A stretch of DNA of 61,134 bases, the filler included, from an uncultured bacterium (GTDB lineage: Bacteria; Hinthialibacterota; Hinthialibacteria; Hinthialibacterales; Hinthialibacteraceae), in assembly GCA_964449065.1 (NCBI GenBank). It is 2 parts of 2 records of this genome, joined end to end, with 100 filler letters (N's around TTAATTAATTAA, not from the genome) between each part and the next. Parts side by side here need not be neighbours in the genome. Positions count along the whole stretch, not along the records: positions 31,342 to 61,134 come from CAYVAZ010000017.1; 1 more part is not named here. One strand, given 5' to 3'. Positions 46,269-56,652 of the stretch are shown piece after piece. Numbering within the stretch: the first letter of the stretch is position 1; every line of letters starts with the position of its first letter. A program made the position numbers and the translations under genes. The notes under the pieces are model-generated. The model was given only the letters and a program-made list of their open reading frames with translations, searched no databases and was not told where the DNA came from.

Positions 46269-48989
46269 TTAGTCCAATTGTTCCTTGGCAACCGCGACCG
46301 CGGCTGAGTGGCGCGCAATCGGTACACGGAAGGGGGAACAAGAGACGTAATCCAACCCGATTTTATGACAAAATTCAATGGATGCGGGATCGCCGCCGTG
46401 CTCACCGCAAATACCCAGTTTAATGCCTTGGCGGGTGCTGCGGCCGCGTTCAACGGCAATCTCGATCAATTCACCGATCCCTTTTTGATCCAGCGATTGG
46501 AACGGATCACCGGGCAAGATGCCTTTTTCAATGTAATCTTGAATGAAGTATCCGGCATCATCGCGGCTGAAGCCAAAGCCCATTTGAGTCAGGTCATTGG
46601 TTCCGAAGGAAAAGAATTCCGCCACTTCAGCGATTTCATCGGCCACGATACACGCCCGCGGAATTTCGATCATGGTGCCATACAAGTGCGGAATTTTTTT
46701 GACTTTCATTTTGCTTTTTACTTCTTCGTAAATTTCTTCCGCAATTTCTTTTTGATGATCCAATTCGTCTTTTATACTGACAACCGGAACCATGATTTCT
46801 GGAAAGGCTTTCTTCTTGGCTTTGTTGAGTTCCGCCGCCGCTTCTAAAATGGCGCGAATCTGCATCTCGGTGATTTCCCGGTAGGTCACACCCAAGCGAA
46901 CCCCGCGGTGCCCCATCATGGGGTTTAATTCATCCAACTGCTCTGCACGGCGTTTAAATTCATTGGGAGAGATTTTCATGTCTTTGCAGAGCCTGTTGAT
47001 TTCATCTTTGGAATGCGGAACGAATTCATGAAGAGGCGGATCCAGCAAACGGATGGTGACCGGCAAGCCGTTCATCGCTTCCAAGCAGCCTTTGACAGCC
47101 TTTTTGACGTATGGTTCCAATTCTTTTAACGCTTTGCGGCGGTCGCTTTCATCTTTTGACAAAATCATCTTGCGTAATTTTGCCAACGGCTGTTCGGAGC
47201 CTTTTCCGTAGAACATGTGTTCGGTACGGAACAATCCGATTCCTTCCGCCCCGAATTTCCGCGCGCGCACGGCGTCTTCCGCCGCTTCCGCATTGGCGCG
47301 CACTTTTAAACGGCGAACGGAATCGCAAATTTTCATAAATTGATCAAAGTATTGGTTGCCTTCACCGGCATCCATCAGCGGCAGTTGGCCTTCATAAATG
47401 TTTCCGCTAGAACCGTTCAACGAAAGCCAATCGCCTTCTTTGTAGGTTTTGCCGTTCACGGTCATGGTTTTCTTCGAGGCGTTAATTTCCAGCGTATCCG
47501 CGCCGACGATACAGCATTTGCCCCACCCGCGGGCCACCAAGGCGGCGTGGCTGGTCATCCCACCGCGGGCGGTCAGGATGGAATGAGCGGCACGCATGCC
47601 TTCGACGTCTTCTGGGTTGGTTTCTTCGCGAACCAAGATCACTTTTTTCTCTTTGCCTTGGGCTACCGCTGCTTCGGAAGAGAAGACGATTTGACCCACA
47701 GAACCGCCGGGACCGGCCGGCAAGCCGCTGGCAATTTTCTTGGCTTTCTTTTCGGCCGCCGGGTCGATCAACGGGTGAAGCAATTCGTCTAACTGAGATG
47801 GAGTGACCCGCATGACGGCTTCTTTTTGGTTGATTAGTTTGGATTTCAGCATATCCGCAGCTATACGTACCGCGGCCGGACCGTTGCGTTTGCCCACACG
47901 GCATTGCAACATCCACAAGATACCTTCTTGAATCGTAAACTCTATATCCAGCATGTCTTTGTAATGCTTTTCCAATTTCTTTTGAATGGTGTCTAACTCT
48001 TTGTATACTTTCGGCATGGCTTCTTCCAAGGATTTCAAGTGCTTTGTGCCAGCCGTTTTTCCGGCCTTATTTATGGGGTTGGGCGTGCGGATACCGGCCA
48101 CAACGTCTTCTCCTTGCGCGTTTACCAGCCATTCGCCGTAGAAGACGTTTTCACCGGTGGCCGGGTTCCGGGTAAACGCGACACCGGTTGCCGAACTGTC
48201 GCCCATATTTCCAAAGACCATCGCCTGCACGTTTACCGCGGTTCCCCACTCGCCGGGAATGCCTTCAATTTCGCGGTACGAGATCGCACGTTTGCCCATC
48301 CAGGATTTAAAGACCGCGTTGATGGCGCCCCACAATTGCTCCATCGGATCGTCGGGGAAATCTTTCTTTAATACCTTTTTGACTTTGGCTTTGTAGGTTT
48401 TCACCAAATCTTGCAGCGTTTCGACAGGCAGTTCGCTGTCCACTTTGGTGTTGTGTTTTTTCTTGGCTTTGTCCAGTTCTTTTTCCAACTGGGCGCGGAT
48501 GCCTTGTCCGTCTTTCGGTTCGATACCGGCCGCTTTTTCCATGACAACATCCGAATACATTTGAATCAGGCGGCGGTATGAATCCCACACAAAGCGGGGA
48601 TTGCCGGTTTTTTCAATCATGCCTTCGATGGTGTTTTCATTCAGCCCCACGTTCAAAACGGTTTCCATCATTCCCGGCATCGAGGCACGCGCGCCCGATC
48701 GAATGGAGAGCAGCAGAGGATTTTTTGGGTCGCCAAACTTCATGCCCATCGTTTTTTCCACTTTGGCAAGATTTTCGTTGACCTCTTTCTTCACTGCCGG
48801 GGGATACTTACCACCCTTGTCGTAGAAGATATTGCACACTTCCGTTGTGATCGTGAATCCAGCAGGCACCGGAACACCAATCAAACTCATTTCCGCCAGG
48901 TTCGCTCCCTTTCCACCCAGCAGATTTTTCATGTCTGCCCGGCCGTCCGCTTTTTTTCCTCCAAAGAAATATACGTGTTTTTTTGCCAT
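46269..48989 (-). CDS. ppdK: Pyruvate, phosphate dikinase
   Basis: LGGKGANLAEM, SMPGMM, GGMTSHAA phospho-His, GIGLFRTEHMF, FSFGTNDLTQ, GICGEHGG. Confidence 0.98.
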   Translation of the reverse strand: MAKKHVYFFGGKKADGRADMKNLLGGKGANLAEMSLIGVPVPAGFTITTEVCNIFYDKGGKYPPAVKKEVNENLAKVEKTMGMKFGDPKNPLLLSIRSGARASMPGMMETVLNVGLNENTIEGMIEKTGNPRFVWDSYRRLIQMYSDVVMEKAAGIEPKDGQGIRAQLEKELDKAKKKHNTKVDSELPVETLQDLVKTYKAKVKKVLKKDFPDDPMEQLWGAINAVFKSWMGKRAISYREIEGIPGEWGTAVNVQAMVFGNMGDSSATGVAFTRNPATGENVFYGEWLVNAQGEDVVAGIRTPNPINKAGKTAGTKHLKSLEEAMPKVYKELDTIQKKLEKHYKDMLDIEFTIQEGILWMLQCRVGKRNGPAAVRIAADMLKSKLINQKEAVMRVTPSQLDELLHPLIDPAAEKKAKKIASGLPAGPGGSVGQIVFSSEAAVAQGKEKKVILVREETNPEDVEGMRAAHSILTARGGMTSHAALVARGWGKCCIVGADTLEINASKKTMTVNGKTYKEGDWLSLNGSSGNIYEGQLPLMDAGEGNQYFDQFMKICDSVRRLKVRANAEAAEDAVRARKFGAEGIGLFRTEHMFYGKGSEQPLAKLRKMILSKDESDRRKALKELEPYVKKAVKGCLEAMNGLPVTIRLLDPPLHEFVPHSKDEINRLCKDMKISPNEFKRRAEQLDELNPMMGHRGVRLGVTYREITEMQIRAILEAAAELNKAKKKAFPEIMVPVVSIKDELDHQKEIAEEIYEEVKSKMKVKKIPHLYGTMIEIPRACIVADEIAEVAEFFSFGTNDLTQMGFGFSRDDAGYFIQDYIEKGILPGDPFQSLDQKGIGELIEIAVERGRSTRQGIKLGICGEHGGDPASIEFCHKIGLDYVSCSPFRVPIARHSAAVAVAKEQLD

Positions 48990-49217
48990 GATGTTTCCTA
49001 TCTTTTCAGTTAGATGTGTTGGTTGGATTCCATTTCAACCGTCGTGGCTATAATATAGACAATTTATTATTATGCCTCAAAGCAAATGGGCATGGAAGGT
49101 TTATTTATGTTTTAATCTTGTATTTCCAAGGGTTTTCTTGCTTTTTCCTGCCAAACGGGATCAAACTTTCGGAATCGGTACACAATTTCTTACTATATAC
49201 TCTAAAAAGAAGAATCC

Positions 49218-50297
49218 ATGAAACACGAACAACTGAATGCAAAACTGAAACAAATTGAAGAAAAATTTTTGGGCCTCGAAAAACAATTGGGAGATTCGGG
49301 TGCCATCGCCGACCACAATAAACTCGCTGAACTCAGTAAACGGCACGCCGAACTCTTGCCGGTGATTCAAGATTACCGCGAATGGCTGCATCTATCCAAC
49401 GAGCTGAATGACTTGCGTGAAATGGCGTACGGCGACGACCGGGAATTGGCCGAAGTCGCCAAGATGGAATTGCATGACAAAGAAAATAACGAGCAAGAAC
49501 TGATTAACCGACTGCAATTGCATCTCGTTCCGAAAAATCCATACGCGGACCGGAATATCATTATGGAAATACGCGCCGGCACCGGCGGGGATGAAGCCGG
49601 AATCTTTGCCGGTGATTTGTTCCGCATGTACTCACGCTACGCGGAAAACAACAACTGGAAAGTTGAAGTTATGTCATCCAGCGAATCGGAACAGGGGGGC
49701 TACAAAGAAATCATCGTTAGCATTCAAGGCGACAATGTGTATTCCAAACTGCGCTTTGAAGGCGGCGGGCACCGGGTGCAGCGGGTACCCACAACCGAGG
49801 CCAGCGGCCGGATTCATACCTCGGCGGCAACGGTAGCGGTTCTGCCCGAAGCGGAAGAGGTGGATATTCAAATTAACAACGAAGACTTGCGAATCGATGT
49901 GTACCGGTCTTCCGGCCCCGGCGGCCAGAGTGTGAACACCACCGATTCGGCGGTCCGCGTTACCCACCTGCCCAGCGGATTGGTGGTCTCGTGCCAGGAT
50001 GAAAAATCGCAGCATAAAAACCGCGCGCAAGCGATGAAAGTATTGCGCAGCCGCTTGCTGGAACTGGAACAAAGCAAACAAGCCGCGGAAGAAAGCGCGA
50101 AACGCAAACTGATGGTCGGTTCGGGTGACCGCAGTGAACGCATCCGGACATATAACTATCCGCAAAACCGTGTGAGCGATCACCGGATTAATTTGACGCT
50201 GCACCGGTTGGAAGCAATCATGGAAGGCGAACTGGATGAACTGATTGATGCTTTGATTCGGGAAGAACAGTTGGATTACTTGAAAACAGCCGGGTAA
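49218..50297 (+). CDS. prfA: Peptide chain release factor 1
   Basis: [17 protein letters not shown] (PxT), [24 protein letters not shown]. Confidence 0.98.
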   Translation: MKHEQLNAKLKQIEEKFLGLEKQLGDSGAIADHNKLAELSKRHAELLPVIQDYREWLHLSNELNDLREMAYGDDRELAEVAKMELHDKENNEQELINRLQLHLVPKNPYADRNIIMEIRAGTGGDEAGIFAGDLFRMYSRYAENNNWKVEVMSSSESEQGGYKEIIVSIQGDNVYSKLRFEGGGHRVQRVPTTEASGRIHTSAATVAVLPEAEEVDIQINNEDLRIDVYRSSGPGGQSVNTTDSAVRVTHLPSGLVVSCQDEKSQHKNRAQAMKVLRSRLLELEQSKQAAEESAKRKLMVGSGDRSERIRTYNYPQNRVSDHRINLTLHRLEAIMEGELDELIDALIREEQLDYLKTAG

Positions 50298-50456
50298 GAA
50301 TGGCCGTATTGATCGGTATGTAGCCGTAGAATGGAAATCTATTTCAACTTAAGATGACAAAAAATAGTTTATCCTGTTTATTTCATTTGATTTTCGGTTA
50401 TATTGTCGTTGTAAACGAGTATTGCATTACAGCCGAGACCACAACAAAGGGGTATC

Positions 50457-51323
50457 ATGAACATTAAAGACGCAATCGATCAGTGTAAAAGCACGTTTGA
50501 ATCCAAAAAAGTTGAAGCCCCGGATGCTTCCGCGGAACTGCTGGTTTCCCATATTGCAACCATCCCGCGTACCCAATTGCCGCTGCACGCCGAGCAAGAC
50601 TTAACTTCAATGCAAGAAGCCGAACTGCAAGGATTAATGGCCAGACGGTGCAAACACGAACCCATTGCCTATATTACCGGCAATACTGAATTTTACTCGA
50701 TACCGCTCAGCATAACGAACGGTGTGTTTATCCCCCGGCCGGAAACGGAAGCGGTGATAAATGTCGCGTTGAATCTGATTCAAGAAAATGGGCTGGAGGC
50801 TCCCCGTATTTTTGATATGGGTACGGGAAGCGGTGCGATTATCATTGCGTTGGCATTAAACCTAGAAGAAGGTGAATTTGTCGCGACCGATATTTCCAGT
50901 ACCGCCCTGCAAGTTGCCAAGCACAACCTTCGAACACACGATTTGGAGAGTTATGTGGAACTCAAAGAGGGCTCATTGTTTGCGCCGGTGCGTTCAACGC
51001 TGGCAACCGCGTTTGATATTTTTGTCTGCAACCCCCCCTATATTAAATCCACCGATGTGACAAAATTGCCGAATCAGATTAAAGACTTTGAACCACACAT
51101 TGCCTTGGACGGCGGCCGGGACGGAATGACGTTTTACAAAAATATTTTGGATAATGTGCCTCCCCTCATGAACAGCGGCGGCTTAATTATTCTGGAAGCG
51201 GACCCAACGCTCATGCCAGTGATCAAAACGGAAGTCCGCCGAAAAACATCTACCTTTGAAGGGGTTGCGATTCATCCCGATGCGTCCGGCAAAGACCGGG
51301 TGATTAGTTTTCGTGTCCGGTAA
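50457..51323 (+). CDS. prmC: Release factor glutamine methyltransferase
   Basis: EPIAYI, IPRPETE, DMGTGSG, NPPY, ALDGG.DG. Confidence 0.95.
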   Translation: MNIKDAIDQCKSTFESKKVEAPDASAELLVSHIATIPRTQLPLHAEQDLTSMQEAELQGLMARRCKHEPIAYITGNTEFYSIPLSITNGVFIPRPETEAVINVALNLIQENGLEAPRIFDMGTGSGAIIIALALNLEEGEFVATDISSTALQVAKHNLRTHDLESYVELKEGSLFAPVRSTLATAFDIFVCNPPYIKSTDVTKLPNQIKDFEPHIALDGGRDGMTFYKNILDNVPPLMNSGGLIILEADPTLMPVIKTEVRRKTSTFEGVAIHPDASGKDRVISFRVR

Positions 51324-51342
51324 TTCCATACCGTTAAGTGAT

Positions 51343-51876
51343 ATGTTTAAATTGATTCTAAAGAGACTCATCGTACATTCCTTTTTTTTGCTTGCGGTTT
51401 CGGCGGGTTTTTATCAATGCGCGGGCAGCCCGGATGAACCATTCAACCAAGGCATTGAACTCATGGAGTCCGGCAGCAAGATGCCGGCAGAAGAACAGTT
51501 TTTAGAAGCGGTAAAAGAAACCCCGAAAAATGCAGAAGCGTGGAATCAATTGGGGATCATTTCGTTCGAACGCGGCGATTTGAATGAAGCCCAAAAACGC
51601 TTTCAAACCGCGGCCGAAATTCATCCCTTCACCCCCGCATACCGGCGGAATATTGCCCTCGTGATGGCGGAACAAGAACAGTATGGGATTGCGTTAAAAA
51701 TTCTTGAGAATGCGCTTGAATTAGAGCCTTATGACGTACAAACCCATATTGCAATCGCCAAAGTTGAATGGCTCAACGGAAACCGCGGTGCAGCCATAGA
51801 GGCGTTAAGAATAGCCTCACAAATTGATCCCGCCAATGAAGAAGTTGAACGGCTGTTTGACCGCTTTGTGCCATAG
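51343..51876 (+). CDS. Secreted or lipoprotein TPR protein
   Basis: Signal-like N-terminus ending in Cys; TPRs (AEAWNQLG, ALELEP). Confidence 0.75.
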   Translation: MFKLILKRLIVHSFFLLAVSAGFYQCAGSPDEPFNQGIELMESGSKMPAEEQFLEAVKETPKNAEAWNQLGIISFERGDLNEAQKRFQTAAEIHPFTPAYRRNIALVMAEQEQYGIALKILENALELEPYDVQTHIAIAKVEWLNGNRGAAIEALRIASQIDPANEEVERLFDRFVP

Positions 51877-52008
51877 AACCCAGAAGCCCTGGGTGCATGT
51901 CATCTCTCTCCGTAAAAAGAGATACAGAGAAGCAATGAGATTTGAAGTGCACTAACAGTCTATCAATCCTCCCTAGTACTGTGACCGGGTCATAATATCA
52001 GGTTAGAT

Positions 52009-52039
52009 TGGGAGGGCAAGGCTCCCGCCGAGCCAGAAG
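52009..52039 (-). repeat. REP-like repeat family A, copy 4
   Basis: Reverse complement reads CTTCTGGCTCGGCGGGAGCCTTGCCCTCCCA. A CTAGTACTGTG motif lies at 51973. Confidence 0.8.
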
Positions 52040-52272
52040 TACAATCCAAACGTATTTTTGGCAACATCGTTTTGCGAACCTAATCGGGTATTGGTTATGC
52101 CGCATGAACAGCGGAAGAAAGGACATTCTACCTGAATCCCTTTGTACCTTCCAGCCTCATTAAATCGAAGCATAATAGAGGATTCTTGTGTATTCCGATA
52201 ATTGTTGCTTCCGGTCAGTGGTTTGAACCGCTTATACACAAATTCACTACGTACGTACGAGTTTAAATTTAT

Positions 52273-54189
52273 ATGTTTACTTTCACCAATCCGTTTTTGC
52301 TCTGGGCGTTCCCCATTCTTCTACTTCCCTGGATTTTCCGCAGACGGCAAGAAGAACGCATCCAAAAAGTCCATTTCGCGCTCATTCACTTGTTGATGGA
52401 GTCGGAAGAGAAAGACCTCATCAATCCACGATTGCAGGAACTGCTGTTGCTGATTTTGCGTACCCTGCTGCTGCTGCTTTTATTGCTGGCCTTATCCGGC
52501 CCGAAGTGGAATCCGGAAACACCCGCCGCCCGATCCTACCTTTCATTTTTACCGGTTGCGTCTTCTGTGCAGTCTTCCGTGGTGATTGTGGATTCTTCCT
52601 ACAGCATGGGCTATGGCGAAGGCGAATCATCCTGGTGGAACCGCTCGCTGCGTACCGCCGAACGTGTGGATAGCAATCTATCCGGCTTTAACACCTCATG
52701 GCTGTGGTGGAACCGGGAGACGCTGGAGGCAATCCGCGCCAACGAAGCGCCAACATTGTCTTTCAGTGACCTCAAAGAAATGTATGAACGCATGTCTTCG
52801 CGGTCCGGCTCATCCGTGAATGAGTTGCTTTCTGTATTGCAGGATTCGTATGACGAAGAAACGCGCTTGATCCTCATCACCGACGGCCAGCGGAAACCGT
52901 GGGCAGAACTCCTTGAAACGGAAATTCCATCGAACCTGCCGCCGCTATTGGTAATTTCCATCGGCGAACCGGGCGCGCAGAACACTTGGATTGAAGTGAA
53001 TGAATGGACTTCCCCACCCTGGGGAATCGCCATATCGGAATCGGTTGCCGGAAGAGTAAGCGGGCTGAATGCCAACCAATCCGGCACCCTTTCGGTATAC
53101 GATAAAGATTCCGGCAAAAGTATTTACAGCCAATCCGTGCAATTCACAATCGGCAACGAAAACGAATCAACCATTCCATTCCATTTCGATTTGGATCCAT
53201 CGGCATTCTTTGCGCGTGATAATTCACCTGAAAACGCAACCCTTTTTCACCTCATGTTGGAGCTCGATACAGGAGACACACTGCAAGTTGATAACCGCCA
53301 GGAACTGAACATGCCTATCGTGGGTCAAGTACAATTTGGCGTGGGGTATGATGCCGCCCTTCCCCCGGTTGAACTCCGCTTTTTAACGGCGGCATTGTCG
53401 GATAATGTGGAAGTTGCCCCAATGTCGCCGCCGAACTTTGTCTTTACCAATGATATGAGTATGGCGTTGTTGGCCGGCCGGTTTGTCCCCTGGTGGGCAG
53501 CGGGCGATACCATGAAAACCATCGAATATGTGAAGAACGGCGGCAATTTGTTGGTCTTTACCGGCGTGGGTGAGAATTCCAACACCGCGTGGAACAACCT
53601 GTTGGAAGAACTGGGCTGGACTTGGGCTGACAATACCGAAATAGATGACTTCCGCAATCTCGCCATTTCCGGTGGAGGCGATATTTCCAATGCGTTGCAA
53701 GCCTGGGAAACGGGCATGTGGGATGCCTGGAAGCCCCCGGTGCACGGCAGAATGAACGCGGAACAAGTGAAGCCGGTTGTGACCTATCAATCCGGCGATT
53801 CGGAGTATCATCTCATCACCGAAGCGCAAATCGGCAAAGGCACGCTGTGGCTGGTAAACGCGGACCTGCAAGCCGGCGCGGATAACGTGTGGTCGCCCAT
53901 CCTGCCATCCCTGATTTGGGAAAGTGCCAAACAATCCGTTCGCTCCAAGATGGAATTTGACTTTGAACCGCCGCAACCCCGCTGGGAATCAAACCTGACA
54001 GTCTTAACCGACGAAGACAAACAATCGCTCAATGAAAACTACGGCATCCAATTCGCCCAACCCGAAGACGCCGCCAACCAACTCAACACCATCTACGGCG
54101 GCCTGGATTTGCGCTACCTGCTGCTGATGCTGACCATCTTCACCGCCCTGGTTGAATCGTGGCTCGCGAACCGGCTGGCTTCATTGTAA
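52273..54189 (+). CDS. BatA N-terminal domain / vWA-like membrane protein
   Basis: MFTFTNP..LW...P, LLLILR.L....LAL..P, DSSYSM and LITDG (MIDAS-like), terminal ESWLA. Confidence 0.8.
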   Translation: MFTFTNPFLLWAFPILLLPWIFRRRQEERIQKVHFALIHLLMESEEKDLINPRLQELLLLILRTLLLLLLLLALSGPKWNPETPAARSYLSFLPVASSVQSSVVIVDSSYSMGYGEGESSWWNRSLRTAERVDSNLSGFNTSWLWWNRETLEAIRANEAPTLSFSDLKEMYERMSSRSGSSVNELLSVLQDSYDEETRLILITDGQRKPWAELLETEIPSNLPPLLVISIGEPGAQNTWIEVNEWTSPPWGIAISESVAGRVSGLNANQSGTLSVYDKDSGKSIYSQSVQFTIGNENESTIPFHFDLDPSAFFARDNSPENATLFHLMLELDTGDTLQVDNRQELNMPIVGQVQFGVGYDAALPPVELRFLTAALSDNVEVAPMSPPNFVFTNDMSMALLAGRFVPWWAAGDTMKTIEYVKNGGNLLVFTGVGENSNTAWNNLLEELGWTWADNTEIDDFRNLAISGGGDISNALQAWETGMWDAWKPPVHGRMNAEQVKPVVTYQSGDSEYHLITEAQIGKGTLWLVNADLQAGADNVWSPILPSLIWESAKQSVRSKMEFDFEPPQPRWESNLTVLTDEDKQSLNENYGIQFAQPEDAANQLNTIYGGLDLRYLLLMLTIFTALVESWLANRLASL

Positions 54190-54236
54190 AAACAGTTGTA
54201 AAAAACACGGATGACTATATTGATATTGACACTATA

Positions 54237-54494
54237 ATGAAATTTGAATGGGATGATAAGAAGAATCAAAGTAATATTCAAAAGCATGGATATTCATTCA
54301 GGGTTGGCGCAAGAATTCTTGCGAGTAGAAAGTTTCATGAAATCCAATCACCTAGAAATGATGAAGAAAGATGGGTCGCAGTTGGAAAATATGAAGAAGA
54401 ATTTATTTCTGTAGTTTTCACAAAAAGAGGAAATATTTACCGAATTATTTCTGTAAGAAAGGCAAAGAATCGTGAGCGAAGAGCGTATCGTTAG
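54237..54494 (+). CDS. BrnT-family toxin
   Basis: MKFEWDDKKNQSNIQKHG, EERW, RIISVRKA..RERRAY. Confidence 0.9.
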   Translation: MKFEWDDKKNQSNIQKHGYSFRVGARILASRKFHEIQSPRNDEERWVAVGKYEEEFISVVFTKRGNIYRIISVRKAKNRERRAYR

Positions 54495-54798
54495 ATTTAC
54501 AGAAGAAGAAATATTAAGGCAAATGGCAGCTGGTGAGCCAACCGGCACCGATTGGGAGAAAGTGAACTCTCTGACCGATGAAGATATCGATAAGGCCATC
54601 CAAGAAGACCCGGACGCGGAGGAATTGCCGGAGGATTTTTGGGAAAGGGCCGTATATGTTCCGGCGGGGAACAATGGCAAAATTCCGATAGAACTTAATT
54701 TGGATCATGAAGTTGTAAATTATTTTCAAAGGCACTTCAAAAACGTGAAAGAAGGCATCGCGTCCGCTTTGCAAGAGTATGTTGAATCAAAGAAGTAA
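54472..54798 (+). CDS. BrnA-family antitoxin
   Basis: TDWEKV..LTDEDI..AI..DPD, I.L.LD.EV..YF. Overlaps brnT. Confidence 0.85.
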   Translation: MSEERIVRFTEEEILRQMAAGEPTGTDWEKVNSLTDEDIDKAIQEDPDAEELPEDFWERAVYVPAGNNGKIPIELNLDHEVVNYFQRHFKNVKEGIASALQEYVESKK

Positions 54799-54840
54799 TG
54801 AAATGCGTATAGTCTTAATATTATACCGATTGTTCTTGAA

Positions 54841-55389
54841 TCACTTTTTTATACCGGAAATAAATGTATTAAAGCTTGGTGAACAATTGTTTTGAATATT
54901 GAGCAATGGACCGATTCTTCTGGACCCGTTAATCTTTTGATATTGGGCATTCGTCAGTTGCTCTATTTCGTGTACAGGGTTTTTGATCTTATCAGGATTC
55001 CGGTATTTACTCTTTTGTTGTTTTGTGGCTAAGTTCTTGATTTCAAAGGCTCTCTCAACAGCGGACAAATCCCCAAGATACCAACTTTCTAATTCCGTGC
55101 AAGCAATACGAATCAGAGTGTCGCTGCGGTTTGCTTCCTGACAAAGATAAAACAAATTTTGTTTTACTTCTTTGCAATCGCAGGCATCTTGATCCCGGAG
55201 TATCACAAACCGTGTATTCGGAGTCTTCCAACCCCGTATCTTGATCTTGAGTTGTTTTTCTAAATCTTGTTTTCCTTCGAAAGGAATGAACCGGATAGAG
55301 AATTGCTCGTGCGGAATCAATCTCGGTACCAACCCCTTGAGCATTTCTCCAGCGGAGGGTTCTTCAAGAAGAAACACCAGCGTCTTCAT
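54841..55389 (-). CDS. DUF4276-type TOPRIM-like nuclease
   Basis: FLLEEPS, FEGKQDL, RDQD (DxD), ELESWYLGD. ATGA overlap with the ATPase. Confidence 0.8.
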   Translation of the reverse strand: MKTLVFLLEEPSAGEMLKGLVPRLIPHEQFSIRFIPFEGKQDLEKQLKIKIRGWKTPNTRFVILRDQDACDCKEVKQNLFYLCQEANRSDTLIRIACTELESWYLGDLSAVERAFEIKNLATKQQKSKYRNPDKIKNPVHEIEQLTNAQYQKINGSRRIGPLLNIQNNCSPSFNTFISGIKK

Positions 55390-56579
55390 TGTGGATCGAT
55401 CCCCTCCAAAAAGCCTTGTTTCCACAAATACCCTAATTTATCTCCTTCCTCCATATAGGCTTTGATTTGTTCATCGTCGCGTGCACGCTTAATTTTCGTG
55501 TAACCATCATTCCCTTTTGTTAACCAAAAAAGTTCATCCAACTCAACCGCATTCAGAAAATCCGGTGAATGAGTTGAAACAAAAACTTGACAGCTACGAT
55601 TCGCGTAGCTTCTAAATTCTTCCGCCAATTCCAATAAAAGTTTTGGGTACAATTGGTTTTCCGGTTCTTCGACACATAGAAGCGGGTGGGGGTTTGGGTC
55701 ATACAACAATATTAAGTATGCTAACATTTTTATCGTGCCATCCGAAACATACCGGGCAAGAAATGGATCTTCAAACGAACCATCCTGAAACCTTAGCAAG
55801 ACTCTTCCTTCTTCGGTTGTTTTTACATCAACCTTAGAGATACCGGGAATGCGTTTCGACAGTTGTTTTAAAATATCGTCAAACGTATCGCGGTGGCGTT
55901 CATACAAAAATTGTGTAACCAGCGACAGGTTTTCACCTTCTGTAGACAAATGCTCTGCATATCCGGCTTCCTGTTCGGGACGGGCGCTCTGAATGTGAAA
56001 ATCAGAAACATGCCAATTCTCAATCAAATTCCCCAACGCCACAATAGCAGGGAACCGTTCAAACTGCGCCAAGCCTTTGATAGCAAGTATGTTGGGGGAT
56101 TTCAACGTTTGTTCTTCACGTTCCAGTTGGCTTTCATCCTCAACCGATTCAAACCCGTTTGAAACCACTATTCCTTTGCCGTTGATAAAATCTAAAAGAT
56201 TCCAGGGTTTTTCAAAATTATCTCCGTGGTATTGCATGAGTTCTTTTTTGATGATAGGAGAACCGTGTTTATCTTCTCCTATTGCAATGGAATAGCTAAT
56301 CAAAGGCTTAGTTGGTTCAACTCTAAATTTCAATTCAATCTCAATATCACCATCTGATCCACGGCTTCGCACCTCTTGTATCCCTTTACTGCCTCCAATC
56401 TTTGCTAAAGCGGAATGAATATCACCTTTAAATATATTCCGAAGAAATCCAAAAACATTAAATAATGTAGACTTACCCGTTCCATTAGCGCCTACCACGA
56501 CACAAAAATTCGGAATATCACGCATTTCAATATGCTGAAACGATTTAAAATTCTTTAGTTTCAAGAATTCCAATTTCAT
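55386..56579 (-). CDS. ABC/AAA_21-type ATPase
   Basis: LKNFKSF, GANGTGKS, VSDGT, CVEEPEN, STHS. Confidence 0.9.
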   Translation of the reverse strand: MKLEFLKLKNFKSFQHIEMRDIPNFCVVVGANGTGKSTLFNVFGFLRNIFKGDIHSALAKIGGSKGIQEVRSRGSDGDIEIELKFRVEPTKPLISYSIAIGEDKHGSPIIKKELMQYHGDNFEKPWNLLDFINGKGIVVSNGFESVEDESQLEREEQTLKSPNILAIKGLAQFERFPAIVALGNLIENWHVSDFHIQSARPEQEAGYAEHLSTEGENLSLVTQFLYERHRDTFDDILKQLSKRIPGISKVDVKTTEEGRVLLRFQDGSFEDPFLARYVSDGTIKMLAYLILLYDPNPHPLLCVEEPENQLYPKLLLELAEEFRSYANRSCQVFVSTHSPDFLNAVELDELFWLTKGNDGYTKIKRARDDEQIKAYMEEGDKLGYLWKQGFLEGIDPQ

Positions 56580-56652
56580 ATTATTTACTCAATTCATCAT
56601 TCGCAAAATCATCAATTATTCATATTAGTGTTTAAACTGACGAATATGTATT

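Noticed and set aside
505..52039. Dispersed 25-31 bp repeats as a CRISPR array
   Set aside because: The copies are kilobases apart with no regular spacers, and there are no cas genes.
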